Of a stretch of DNA of 64,000 nucleotides, positions 55,236-64,000 are shown in pieces; within the stretch, counting starts at the first letter, position 1, and each line of letters starts with the position of its first letter. The notes beneath the pieces were generated by a model. It had not been told where the DNA came from and ran no database searches. It saw only the letters and a list, made by a program, of their open reading frames with translations. The stretch comes from Micavibrio sp. (lineage in GTDB: Bacteria > Pseudomonadota > Alphaproteobacteria > Micavibrionales > UBA9664). The DNA is taken from positions 7,725 through 71,724 of the forward strand of contig PAAR01000009.1 in assembly GCA_002699085.1 (NCBI GenBank), written 5' to 3'. The position numbers were made by a program, and so were the translations under genes.

Positions 55236-56900
55236 TTATTTTTCTATAAGTTCTTCAGCCAAAGATATTGCCGCCTCATAAGAAGAAGTTACTCTAAGTG
55301 TGCTTTGATTGTCTTCTACACCTGATTTTTGTAGAATCGCCGCAGGTTGCTGTTGTAAACCACTTAGGATAATAACTGTCTTTTTGTCCTGACAGTCTTT
55401 TAAGAGTTGTAATAGCGCATTAAGTCCTGCGACATCAATATAAGGCACAAGTTTCATCCGTAATATCAGTATAGATGGTATATGATCCATGGCACGTAAT
55501 GTGTCCAGCAAGCTGCCTGCAACCCCAAAAAAGATAGGCCCTGTTAATCTAAAAACTTCTACGCCTTGTGGAAGATCATCACGTTGTGTCTCGTCTTCAG
55601 CTGTGTCATCAAGATCGTGTCTGTGTCGTCCTTGTGTGCGTAAAACAGAAGACTTGCTCATTTCATGGATAAATAGGAGTGAGGCTAAAGTCACGCCCAC
55701 GCCGATGGCAACGGTCAAATCTACGAGTACGGTGAGGGCAAATGTTAACAGCATAACAGTACGGTCACTCTTGGATAAGCGTAAGATGTGGAGAAAATGA
55801 TGAGTCTCGCTCATATTCCAAGCCACAATAAATAAGATGGCTGAAAGTGTTGCTAGAGGAACGAAGGCGATAATATCCATCGCAAAAAGCATAAACAGAA
55901 GAATGAAAATAGCATGAGATATACCTGCGACAGGTGTTTTGCCGCCTGATTTAATATTGGTCGCTGTCCTTGCTATAGCCCCTGTGGCAGGCATGCCTCC
56001 AAAGGCAGCAGAGGCGATATTAGCGATACCTTGGGCAATCAGTTCTTGGTTGGAGCGATGTTTATAGCCCGTCATACCATCAGCAACCATTGCGGAAAGT
56101 AATGATTCTAACCCTGCAAGAAAGGCTATAGTGAAGGCGACAGGGATGATGTCCAAAATTTTGTCTATGCTCCAATCAGGCATAGTAGGCATAGGAATTC
56201 CTGCTACGATATCAGGGAAGCGTGAACCAATCGTATCAATATGGAAGTCTCCTAAATACACAACAGCACTGCTTATGATAACGGTGATAAGATAGCCTGG
56301 TAATTTAGGGTTTAGTCGTTTGAGTAAAATGATAGCTAAAAGGGATGAAAGCCCTACGGTCAATGTTGTTAAATCGATGGTGTTGATATGGCTGAAATAG
56401 CTGTGCCATTTATCAATGAATTCAGCAGGGATGTTTGAAATGCTTAGGCCCAAAAAGTCTTTGATTTGTGATGAGGCAATAATGACGGCAATGCCTGCTG
56501 TAAATCCAGTGACGACAGGGTGGGGGATATATTTTATAATCTGGCCAAATCGTGCATAGCCCGCAATAATGAGGATAAGCCCCGCAACAAGCGTTGCTAA
56601 AATAAGGCCATCATAACCATGCTGGGCAATGACATTAAATACAACAACAATGAATGCACCTGTTGGTCCGCCGATTTGAACCCGTGAGCCACCTAGAAAA
56701 GAAATAAAGAATCCTGCGATAACAGCCGTTATAAGACCTTTGTCAGGCGATGTGCCACTGGCAATAGCCAGCGCCATTGAAAGTGGTAGGGCAATGATTG
56801 CAACAGTAAGTCCTGCCAGAATATCTGCTTTTAGGGACGAAAAGTTGTAGCCGTTTCGAAGTAAGGAAAATAATTTAGGCGTAAAATCTGATGAAAACAT
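55236..56900 (-). CDS. SulP-family anion transporter with C-terminal STAS domain
   Basis: About 554 aa from ATG 56900 (the longer ORF starts at TTG 56918). Polytopic Sulfate_transp core (GGPTGAFIVVV) and a STAS tail. Confidence 0.88.
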   Translation of the reverse strand: MFSSDFTPKLFSLLRNGYNFSSLKADILAGLTVAIIALPLSMALAIASGTSPDKGLITAVIAGFFISFLGGSRVQIGGPTGAFIVVVFNVIAQHGYDGLILATLVAGLILIIAGYARFGQIIKYIPHPVVTGFTAGIAVIIASSQIKDFLGLSISNIPAEFIDKWHSYFSHINTIDLTTLTVGLSSLLAIILLKRLNPKLPGYLITVIISSAVVYLGDFHIDTIGSRFPDIVAGIPMPTMPDWSIDKILDIIPVAFTIAFLAGLESLLSAMVADGMTGYKHRSNQELIAQGIANIASAAFGGMPATGAIARTATNIKSGGKTPVAGISHAIFILLFMLFAMDIIAFVPLATLSAILFIVAWNMSETHHFLHILRLSKSDRTVMLLTFALTVLVDLTVAIGVGVTLASLLFIHEMSKSSVLRTQGRHRHDLDDTAEDETQRDDLPQGVEVFRLTGPIFFGVAGSLLDTLRAMDHIPSILILRMKLVPYIDVAGLNALLQLLKDCQDKKTVIILSGLQQQPAAILQKSGVEDNQSTLRVTSSYEAAISLAEELIEK

Positions 56901-56985
56901 ATAAAGACTCACTCTCAATTTCCTTTATAGTATCATCAGAGAAAGATATTTAATACGGACAGAATGTGATAATTATATATCTATT

Positions 56986-57330
56986 ATGATTCATAATAAG
57001 CCTTTATGGTCTGGTCTTTGCGGTAGATGTCCTAATTGTGGGCAAGGTAAATTGTTTAAATCTTATTTAAAGCAACATAATGAATGTGCTGTCTGCCATG
57101 AAAATTTCTCGCATATTAATGCAGAGGATGCGCCACCATGGTTGACGATTCTGATTGTCGGTCACATTGTGGCGCCGTTTCTGATTTTCTTTAAACAAGA
57201 CGTTTTCTCTGAGGCGATTGATTTAGCCCTCGTGGTTTTTATGGCACTTTTTCTTGTGATAACTATCTTACCCTTGGCTAAAGGATTTTTTATAGCTGCT
57301 ATTTGGCTGACTCAGAAAAAGAAAGTCTAA
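56986..57330 (+). CDS. DUF983 domain membrane protein
   Basis: 114 aa. CGRCPNCGQGKLF...CAVCHE zinc-ribbon-like pair followed by two TM helices, as in DUF983. Confidence 0.75.
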   Translation: MIHNKPLWSGLCGRCPNCGQGKLFKSYLKQHNECAVCHENFSHINAEDAPPWLTILIVGHIVAPFLIFFKQDVFSEAIDLALVVFMALFLVITILPLAKGFFIAAIWLTQKKKV

Positions 57331-57406
57331 TCACTGCACTGCAAAAGACTTAATAGCGTGCAATTGAGATGATTCATGGTAAAAATAATGGAAAAGGAGT
57401 TCTTGA

Positions 57407-58510
57407 ATGATTATTGGATGTCCAAAAGAAATTAAAAACCATGAATATCGTGTGGGGCTAGTGCCTGGTTCGGTAAAAGAGCTTGTTGGCCATGGGCATA
57501 AGGTAATTGTTGAAACTGGCGCAGGGGCTGGCATTAATTATGATGACAAGGCCTATAAAGAGGCGGGGGCATCAATCGTTAAAACAGCCAAGGATGTTTT
57601 TTCCAAAGCCGATATGATCGTCAAAGTGAAAGAGCCCCAGGCTGTTGAGTGCGCTATGCTGCGAGAAGATCAGATTCTGTTTACCTACTTGCATCTGGCG
57701 GCAGACAAGCCACAAGCCAAAGCTTTAATGAAATCAAAATGTGTGGCGATTGCTTACGAAACTGTGACCGATCAAGAAGGTGGGTTACCGCTTCTACGTC
57801 CCATGAGTGAAATTGCTGGACGTTTATCTGTGCATGTGGGGTCAGGACTGCTTCAAAAACATGAAGGTGGCTTAGGGCGTCTGATAAGCGGTGTGCCGGG
57901 TGTCTATCCTGCACGTGTTGTCATCATTGGTGGTGGTGTAGCTGGCTTTAACGCAGCTCGTATGGCTGTTGGGCTTGAGGCGAATGTTACGATCATGGAA
58001 AAATCACAAAACCGCATGCGCTTTTTGGATGACTATTTCAAGGGATCTGCTCGCATTGTGCATTCAAATAAAGAAAATTTAGAGAATCTTATTCCTTATG
58101 CTGATTTAGTGATTGGGGCAGTGCTTGTGCCCGGTGCGTCTGCACCACGTTTAGTGACTAAAAAAATGCTTAAACAAATGAAATCAGGCGCAGTCCTTGT
58201 TGATATAGCGATCGACCAAGGCGGCTGTTTTGAGACCTCTAAGCCAACGACGCATCGTGATCCTACCTATGTGGTTGATGGTATCTTGCATTATTGTGTG
58301 GCCAATATGCCGGGGGCTGTACCTTTGACATCAGCTTTGGCACTGAATACAGCGATCTTGCCGCATGCGCTTGCGCTTGCAAATAAAGGCTGGAGGCGGG
58401 CTGTAGCAGAGGATACCCATTTGAAAAATGGCCTGAATGTGGTTCAGGGAAAAATTTGTAATAAAAATGTTGCAGAAGCACTTCAACTTGAGTATACAGA
58501 GTATTCTTAA
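57407..58510 (+). CDS. ald: Alanine dehydrogenase
   Basis: 367 aa. MIIGCPKEIKNHEYRVGL N-terminus and NAD motif IIGGGVAG. Confidence 0.95.
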   Translation: MIIGCPKEIKNHEYRVGLVPGSVKELVGHGHKVIVETGAGAGINYDDKAYKEAGASIVKTAKDVFSKADMIVKVKEPQAVECAMLREDQILFTYLHLAADKPQAKALMKSKCVAIAYETVTDQEGGLPLLRPMSEIAGRLSVHVGSGLLQKHEGGLGRLISGVPGVYPARVVIIGGGVAGFNAARMAVGLEANVTIMEKSQNRMRFLDDYFKGSARIVHSNKENLENLIPYADLVIGAVLVPGASAPRLVTKKMLKQMKSGAVLVDIAIDQGGCFETSKPTTHRDPTYVVDGILHYCVANMPGAVPLTSALALNTAILPHALALANKGWRRAVAEDTHLKNGLNVVQGKICNKNVAEALQLEYTEYS

Positions 58511-58518
58511 AGCAATGC

Positions 58519-58595
58519 GCGGGTGTAGCTCAGTTGGTTAGAGCGCTGGCCTGTCACGCCGGAGGCCGCGGGTTCAAGTCCCGTCACTCGCGCCA
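58519..58595 (+). tRNA. tRNA-Asp (GUC), CCA encoded
   Basis: GCGGGTG/CACTCGC acceptor stem with one G-U pair. Anticodon stem-loop CTGGC-CTGTCAC-GCCGG. T-arm GCGGGTTCAAGTCCCGT. Begins 8 nt after the ald stop. Confidence 0.92.
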
Positions 58596-58686
58596 CTGCT
58601 TCGCTAAAGCTACGCAGTGCTTCGCGTAAGCGAGGTACTAAGTAGATTTAATGCGAACAGTGTTCTGCGAAGCTTTAGCGAAGCAG
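58596..58686. repeat. Inverted repeat (16-bp perfect arms, 59-nt loop) abutting the tRNA-Asp 3' end
   Basis: ctgcttcgctaaagct (58596-58611) and agctttagcgaagcag (58671-58686) are exact reverse complements. GCTTCGC occurs twice in the 5' half and GCGAAGC twice in the 3' half. Confidence 0.8.
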
Positions 58687-58704
58687 TACAATTAAGAGCT
58701 CTTT

Positions 58705-58947
58705 ATGTATTTTGTGTATCTTATTCAAAGCGAAAAACATCCCGATAGAACCTATATAGGTTTTTCCAAGAATTTTGAAAAACGGTTAAATGAACATAAT
58801 CAAGGAAATGTCTCCGTTACTAAAAGCGGATTGCCTTGGAAAGTAAAAGTATTGCTTCAATTTGAAGAAGAGCAGAAAGCTAAGGATTTCGAGCTTTATT
58901 TAAAGCATGGATCAGGCCATGCCTTTGCCAAGAAAAGATTTTGGTAA
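58705..58947 (+). CDS. Small GIY-YIG nuclease-family protein (UPF0213/YhbQ-like), copy B
   Basis: 80 aa. FVYLIQS...TYIGFSKNFEKRLNEHN...PWKVK...FELYLK...AFAKKR. Roughly 40% identical by eye to copy A over the full length. Confidence 0.8.
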   Translation: MYFVYLIQSEKHPDRTYIGFSKNFEKRLNEHNQGNVSVTKSGLPWKVKVLLQFEEEQKAKDFELYLKHGSGHAFAKKRFW

Positions 58948-60801
58948 TTACCCAATATTTTGTTTCATCTCTTCAAGTTCTAGCCAGCGGGTTTCAGCCG
59001 ATTCTAGAGATATTTGTTTCGCCTTGAGCTGTTTGGTAAGGTCAAAAAATTGATCTTTATCTTTTTGGTAGAGGTCAGGGTCTGAGAGCTTTGTTGTCAT
59101 CTCAGCTATTTCTGACTCGAGCTTTTCTATACGCTTCGGTAATTTCTCTAATTCATGTTTGTATTTATAACTAAGTTTGTTCTCAGTCTTCTTTGGTGTT
59201 GCTGTCGGTGCGTTAGATGTTTTTTGTTTAACGCTTTTTTGTTCTTTACTAGGTTCTTCTTTGAGGCTGTTTTTATAGGCTAAATAGTCTGAATAACCCC
59301 CAATACAGCCATCGACAACACCATTCCCTTCAAAGGCTAGAATCTTTGTGACTGTTTGGTCGAGAAAGTCACGATCATGTGAGACGATAATCAATGTGCC
59401 CTTGTATTTTGCTAAAATTTCTTCGAGCATATCCAATGTTTCCATGTCTAAATCATTGGTCGGCTCATCGAGCACAAGACAAGTCTTTGGATTGGCTAAA
59501 GTCTTTGCCAGCATAAGACGGTTTTTCTGCCCACCTGACAATGTGCGGGCAGGCTGGCGTACATCTTCAGGGTCAAACATAAAGTCTTTAAGATAGGCGA
59601 CCACATGGCGCTCTTTACCCATGACATTAACGTGGTCGCCACCTGTGGGGCAGAGGTTTTTCCACGGTGTTTCATCAAGCATAAGGTCAGAGCGTTTTTG
59701 ATCGAAGTAAGAAAACTCTAATTCCTTACGGACTTTAACGCTACCGCTATCAGGCTTTGTTTCTTGTAAAAGCATTTTTAAGAAGGTTGTTTTACCAGAA
59801 CCGTTTTTACCCAAGATACCGATGCGGTCACCACGCATGATACGCATATTGAACTTATCCAAAATAAGGATGTCTTCGCCATTTTCTTTCTTAAACGCTT
59901 TATGGACATTGTAATATTCGGCAACGATTTTCGATGATTTCTCATCAACCGTTGGTTCTGGCATTCGGATTTTTGAGACAACACGGTTATAGGCCGATTT
60001 ATCAGCCTTTAATTTGTCACGCATTTCACGCATTTCAATGACTCGGCGTTCATTGCGTTTACGGCGTGCCTTCACACCTTTGCTCGCCCATTCAACTTCA
60101 CGTTCAACAATCTTCGCGCGATTTTTTAGTTCACGTTCTTCTTGTTCTAATAGCATTGTTGACCAGTCGTCAAAATCAGCAAAGCCACTTGGTGCGACAC
60201 GAATTTGTCCACGATCCAGCCAAAATACTTTATTTGTGATATTGGCAAGGAATGTTTTGTCGTGGGAAATACACAGTAATGTTCCTCGGTAGTTATTGAG
60301 GTATTCTTCTAGCCATTGGATCGCTTCTAAATCCAAGTGGTTTGTTGGCTCATCAAGCATTAAAAGGTCTGGCTCTTCAACCAATGCCCGAGCAAGGCCA
60401 GCGCGGCGAAGTTGTCCGCCTGATAAATGAGTCATCATCGCTGTTTTATCGAGGTCTAAGGCTTCACAGACGACATCGACTTTATAGGCGTAGAATTCTT
60501 TGTTCTCATCATCAGGTATTTCTTCAAATATGAAGTCGAAAACCGTTTCACCTTTTTTAGGAATGATATCTTGCTTTAAATAGCCAATGGTTAGGCCGAT
60601 TTCTTGCCAACGCTCGCCACCATCTAGCTCTTTATTGCCTAGAATAATGTTCATCAGTGTGGTTTTTCCAGAACCATTGCGGCCAACAAGCGCAATACGA
60701 CTGCCTTGGTGAATATTGAATGTCAAATCCTGAAAAAGAGGCTTTTCAGTGTATTTCACAACGGCGTCTTTAACGCTTAAAATGAGGGGTGCTGCTGCCA
60801 T
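58948..60801 (-). CDS. ABC-F family ATPase (Uup-like, C-terminal coiled coil)
   Basis: 617 aa. Two ABC cassettes (GRNGSGKTT and GKNGSGKTT; LSGGQ twice), a linker, and a Lys/Glu-rich coiled-coil tail. Confidence 0.9.
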   Translation of the reverse strand: MAAAPLILSVKDAVVKYTEKPLFQDLTFNIHQGSRIALVGRNGSGKTTLMNIILGNKELDGGERWQEIGLTIGYLKQDIIPKKGETVFDFIFEEIPDDENKEFYAYKVDVVCEALDLDKTAMMTHLSGGQLRRAGLARALVEEPDLLMLDEPTNHLDLEAIQWLEEYLNNYRGTLLCISHDKTFLANITNKVFWLDRGQIRVAPSGFADFDDWSTMLLEQEERELKNRAKIVEREVEWASKGVKARRKRNERRVIEMREMRDKLKADKSAYNRVVSKIRMPEPTVDEKSSKIVAEYYNVHKAFKKENGEDILILDKFNMRIMRGDRIGILGKNGSGKTTFLKMLLQETKPDSGSVKVRKELEFSYFDQKRSDLMLDETPWKNLCPTGGDHVNVMGKERHVVAYLKDFMFDPEDVRQPARTLSGGQKNRLMLAKTLANPKTCLVLDEPTNDLDMETLDMLEEILAKYKGTLIIVSHDRDFLDQTVTKILAFEGNGVVDGCIGGYSDYLAYKNSLKEEPSKEQKSVKQKTSNAPTATPKKTENKLSYKYKHELEKLPKRIEKLESEIAEMTTKLSDPDLYQKDKDQFFDLTKQLKAKQISLESAETRWLELEEMKQNIG

Positions 60802-60915
60802 AGGGCAGTGTATACATGATTTACCGGCAGCTGTGCAATGTTAAATAATATTGTGACTTTTTTCGTTTAATTAACGAATAGGAAGATTAGGTAAACAATA
60901 ACGGAAAAAAATGAG

Positions 60916-61362
60916 ATGCGATTTTTAGCTTTAATAATCATGCTATGTTTTGCTAGTTTTTATGGGATGGCTCAAGCGGAACCTGTGTATACAGGTGTGT
61001 TTAATGATTTAGCGGTTAGTGGCTATGATACAGTAGCTTATTTTGCTCAAAACAAGGCTGTTGAAGGTGAAAAAAGTATCTCGGTAGATTGGCAAGGTGC
61101 CGAATGGCGTTTTTCCTCTGAGCGGAATAAGCAAACTTTTTTAAATAATCCTGAAAAATATGCACCGCAATATGGGGGTTATTGTGCTTATGCATTGGGT
61201 GCTAAAGATGATCTGGTTTCTTCTGATCCACAGTCGTGGACAATTGTGAATGGTAAGCTGTATTTGAACTACGATAAAGATATACGTGATCGTTGGATAG
61301 AAAATAAAGATGATTTTATCGCCGAAGCTGATAAAAATTGGGTAAAGTATAAGGATAAATAA
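60916..61362 (+). CDS. YHS-domain protein, exported
   Basis: 148 aa with signal peptide ending AQA-EP. GYDTVAYF...AEWRFSS...NKQTF...YAPQYGGYCAY matches the YHS-domain (seleno)protein family, with Cys at the redox position. Confidence 0.75.
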   Translation: MRFLALIIMLCFASFYGMAQAEPVYTGVFNDLAVSGYDTVAYFAQNKAVEGEKSISVDWQGAEWRFSSERNKQTFLNNPEKYAPQYGGYCAYALGAKDDLVSSDPQSWTIVNGKLYLNYDKDIRDRWIENKDDFIAEADKNWVKYKDK

Positions 61363-61431
61363 AAAACTTCTGCAATAAGACCCTAGACAGAGCATAGAGA
61401 ACACCCTATTTTTGTGGGTGAAAGGTTCACT

Positions 61432-61803
61432 ATGTTCGATACTGCATTTCTATCTGAGTATTTCCCGATTTTGTTGTTCATTTTCATAGCCATGATTATG
61501 TCTGTGGCGATGATTGTTGGCTCAATGTTGGCGGGTAATAATCGTCCAGATACTGAGAAACTATCGGCTTATGAGTGTGGCTTTGACGCTTTTGATGATG
61601 CGCATGGCAAATTTGACGTGCGTTTTTATCTTGTGGCTATTTTGTTTATCATTTTCGATTTAGAGGTGGCTTTCCTCTTTCCATGGGCCGTATCCCTTGG
61701 TGATATTGGTCTTTTTGGTTTTTGGTCAATGATTCTATTTTTAGGGGTGCTTACTGTTGGTTTTCTCTATGAATGGAAAAAGGGCGCGTTGGATTGGGAG
61801 TAA
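61432..61803 (+). CDS. nuoA: NADH-quinone oxidoreductase subunit A
   Basis: Start at ATG 61432 (MFDTAFL...) gives 123 aa. YECGF...[15 protein letters not shown] motif. Confidence 0.93.
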   Translation: MFDTAFLSEYFPILLFIFIAMIMSVAMIVGSMLAGNNRPDTEKLSAYECGFDAFDDAHGKFDVRFYLVAILFIIFDLEVAFLFPWAVSLGDIGLFGFWSMILFLGVLTVGFLYEWKKGALDWE

Positions 61804-61938
61804 TGATGTTTAAAGGATTTATGTTGCGGCATTTTGGCCAGCTTTTAAAAGGTAACAATAGAATGGTTAGAGCTGATTATCAGCGTTTTCTTTGGATAAA
61901 GCCTGGTAATGTGGATTATAACTTGATGGGGATAAATC

Positions 61939-62520
61939 ATGGGCCACGATAGAAAAGTTATAAAAGCGCCGACCGTTCCTTTAACAGGGTTCAATAATTA
62001 TCCTGAGGTTATTAAAGGTTCTGAAGGACATGCGGCACAGCTTATTCAAAAAGAAGTGAATGATAAGGGGTATATCCTTACGGCAGCTGACAAATTATTC
62101 GACTGGGCAAGAACGGGATCATTATGGCCGATGACTTTTGGTTTGGCATGCTGTGCAGTGGAGATGATCCACGCCTATATGAGTCGTTATGACCTTGATC
62201 GTTTTGGTGTCATTCCTCGTCCATCTCCGCGTCAATCGGATGTGATGATTGTGGCGGGTACATTGACGAATAAAATGGCACCAGCACTTCGTAAAGTTTA
62301 TGACCAAATGCCAGAACCACGTTGGGTGATTTCGATGGGCTCATGTGCTAATGGTGGTGGCTATTACCATTATTCTTATTCAGTGGTAAGAGGTTGTGAC
62401 CGTATCGTGCCAGTTGATATTTATGTACCAGGTTGTCCACCAACGGCAGAAGCGTTGATCTACGGTATTATGCAGTTACAGAAAAAAATTCAACGTGAAG
62501 ATACAAGGATCGTACGATGA
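61939..62520 (+). CDS. nuoB: NADH-quinone oxidoreductase subunit B
   Basis: 193 aa with GLACCAVEM, the CANGGGYY motif and PGCPP, the cluster N2 ligands. Confidence 0.96.
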   Translation: MGHDRKVIKAPTVPLTGFNNYPEVIKGSEGHAAQLIQKEVNDKGYILTAADKLFDWARTGSLWPMTFGLACCAVEMIHAYMSRYDLDRFGVIPRPSPRQSDVMIVAGTLTNKMAPALRKVYDQMPEPRWVISMGSCANGGGYYHYSYSVVRGCDRIVPVDIYVPGCPPTAEALIYGIMQLQKKIQREDTRIVR

Positions 62521-63188
62521 GTGAGCCTGTACCAGCCCCCGTTAATTTGAATGATGAAGCTTTGCTTGATCTTGGCGATCATATCAAAGAACATTTAGGT
62601 GAGATCGTTATAAGTGCGGAACTTATTAAGAGTGAACTTATCTTAACGGTGCAGCGTGAATCGCTTTTAAAAGCACTTCGTTTTTTACGTGATAATAATG
62701 AATGCTATTTCTCCCAACTTGTTGATATTACAGCGATTGATTACCCGAATAAGCCAGAACGTTTTGCGATTGTTTATAATATGCTTTCTATGCGTCAAAA
62801 CTTGCGCATTCGTGTTAAAACTTTCACCGATGAAGATACGCCTGTGCCATCTGCGACTGCTTTATTTAGTGCAGCGAATTGGTATGAGCGTGAAACGTGG
62901 GATATGTACGGCGTGATGTTCTCTGGGCACCCAGATTTACGCCGTATTTTGACTGATTATGGTTTTGAGGGGCACCCACTTCGTAAGGAATTCCCCTTAA
63001 CAGGCTTTAATGAGGTTCGTTATGATGAAGAACAAAAGCGTGTGGTGTATGAGCCTGTGAAACTTCAGCAAGACTTCCGTAATTTTGATTTTCTCAGCCC
63101 TTGGGAAGGTATGACAGATGTTCAGCTTCCAGGTGATGAAAAAGCAACAATCCCTAAAAATATGGGTAAAGAGGTTACTGGCGAATGA
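62517..63188 (+). CDS. nuoC: NADH-quinone oxidoreductase subunit C
   Basis: 223 aa with [12 protein letters not shown] and [12 protein letters not shown] motifs. 4-nt overlap with nuoB. Confidence 0.95.
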   Translation: MSEPVPAPVNLNDEALLDLGDHIKEHLGEIVISAELIKSELILTVQRESLLKALRFLRDNNECYFSQLVDITAIDYPNKPERFAIVYNMLSMRQNLRIRVKTFTDEDTPVPSATALFSAANWYERETWDMYGVMFSGHPDLRRILTDYGFEGHPLRKEFPLTGFNEVRYDEEQKRVVYEPVKLQQDFRNFDFLSPWEGMTDVQLPGDEKATIPKNMGKEVTGE

Positions 63189-64000
63189 GTAAAGTGGTAA
63201 GTAAAGACATTTCTGATGAAACACAGATTAAGCCTTATACGCTTAACTTCGGGCCTCAGCACCCTGCGGCACATGGTGTGCTGCGCCTTATTTTGGAAAT
63301 GGATGGCGAGGTTGTTGAAAGAGCTGATCCACATATCGGCTTGCTGCACCGTGGCACAGAAAAGCTAATTGAATATAAAACCTATACCCAAGCCTTGCCA
63401 TATTTTGATCGTCTCGATTACGTAGCACCTATGAACCAAGAGCATGCTTTTGCTTTGGCTGTTGAGAAGTTGCTAGGCATTACACCGCCACCACGGGCGC
63501 AATGTATTCGTGTGTTATTTGCTGAATTAGGGCGTGTGCTTAACCATATTCTTAATATTACTACATTTGCGCTAGACGTTGGTGCGATCACGCCAGCTTT
63601 ATGGGGTTTTGAAGAGCGTGAAAAAGGGATGGAGTTTTATGAGCGTGTTTGTGGTGCAAGGCTGCACGCAAATTATTTCCGCCCTGGTGGTGTTGCGTTT
63701 GATTTGCCGCCTGGATTGCTGGAGGATATGGATGATTGGGCAGATGAGTTTCCAAAATTCCTTAATGATCTTGAAACGCTATTAAGTGAGAACCGTGTCT
63801 TTAAACAACGTACTGTGGATATTGGCGTTGTCTCTGAGAAGCAAGCACTTGATTGGGGTTTTACGGGTCCGATGTTGCGTGGCTCTGGTGTGGCGTGGGA
63901 TTTGCGTAAGGCACAGCCTTATGACGGCTATGAGAATTATGAGTTTGATATACCAGTCGGTAAAACGGGTGATTGTTATGCTCGTTATTTGGTCCGTATG
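63185..64000 (+). CDS. nuoD: NADH-quinone oxidoreductase subunit D, N-terminal part (3' end outside window)
   Basis: Not in the ORF track because there is no stop before the window end. My translation from ATG 63185 gives [60 protein letters not shown], a canonical NuoD start. ATGA overlap with nuoC. Confidence 0.93.
   Translation, partial: MSKVVSKDISDETQIKPYTLNFGPQHPAAHGVLRLILEMDGEVVERADPHIGLLHRGTEKLIEYKTYTQALPYFDRLDYVAPMNQEHAFALAVEKLLGITPPPRAQCIRVLFAELGRVLNHILNITTFALDVGAITPALWGFEEREKGMEFYERVCGARLHANYFRPGGVAFDLPPGLLEDMDDWADEFPKFLNDLETLLSENRVFKQRTVDIGVVSEKQALDWGFTGPMLRGSGVAWDLRKAQPYDGYENYEFDIPVGKTGDCYARYLVRM

Noticed and set aside
57331-57534. 67-aa minus-strand ORF spanning the DUF983/ald intergenic region and the 5' end of ald.
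   Set aside because: It overlaps the confidently called ald start, is Pro/Ser/Thr-rich without motifs, and has no ribosome-binding site.
61803-61952. 49-codon ORF ([19 protein letters not shown]...) filling the unusually long 135-nt nuoA-nuoB gap and overlapping the nuoB start.
   Set aside because: No Shine-Dalgarno and no recognisable motif. It is short and AT-rich. It cannot be separated from chance without comparative or ribosome-profiling data. The gap itself is noted but left unexplained.
1-64000. Looked for CRISPR arrays, IS elements or transposases, integrases, prophage genes, toxin-antitoxin pairs and known defence-system genes.
   Set aside because: There is no regularly spaced repeat array. 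No ORF has transposase, integrase, phage or TA hallmarks. Every ORF over 150 aa on the chosen strand has a plausible housekeeping, envelope or transport assignment, or is a simple secreted hypothetical.

Overview
AT-rich (about 40% GC by eye, not computed), very gene-dense chromosomal segment. Gene content and local synteny point to an alphaproteobacterium: secF-Mth938, trmFO, MucR/Ros, tRNA-Leu-tig-clpP-lon-hup-tRNA-Val, nuoABCD, NDUFAF-like factors, and a GTTC-N7-GTTC SOS box. I call 69 CDS (two cut by the window edges), 4 tRNAs (His-GUG, Leu-UAG, Val-UAC, Asp-GUC), 3 REP-like double-hairpin repeats, 2 clear rho-independent terminators and a few candidate regulatory sites. Almost everything is housekeeping: translation, cofactor, envelope, proteostasis and respiration genes. 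Two blocks look accessory: an 8.8-kb group-2-like capsule export operon (kpsD-C-S-M-T-E, 6124-14884, minus strand) and an amino-acid-type ABC operon with four tandem binding-protein paralogues (50553-55228). I see no IS element, integrase, prophage, CRISPR array, toxin-antitoxin pair or recognisable defence gene. All intergenic gaps are under 160 nt, so there is no room for a large ncRNA. I do not find a convincing new multi-gene system. The most unusual structures are: (1) two copies of a same-strand module 'tRNA 3' end - long inverted repeat - about 80-aa GIY-YIG ORF', one bracketed by a 23-bp direct repeat; (2) a 52-nt double-hairpin repeat family whose copies differ by compensatory base-pair changes; (3) the four-binding-protein ABC operon, whose ATPase has an altered signature motif; (4) an orphan UmuC-like polymerase behind a perfect alphaproteobacterial SOS box; (5) clpX missing from the conserved clpP-clpX-lon slot; and (6) a trigger factor carrying a His-rich insert and a histone-H1-like tail. 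All family assignments come from motif-level reading of the translations. No database search was possible.
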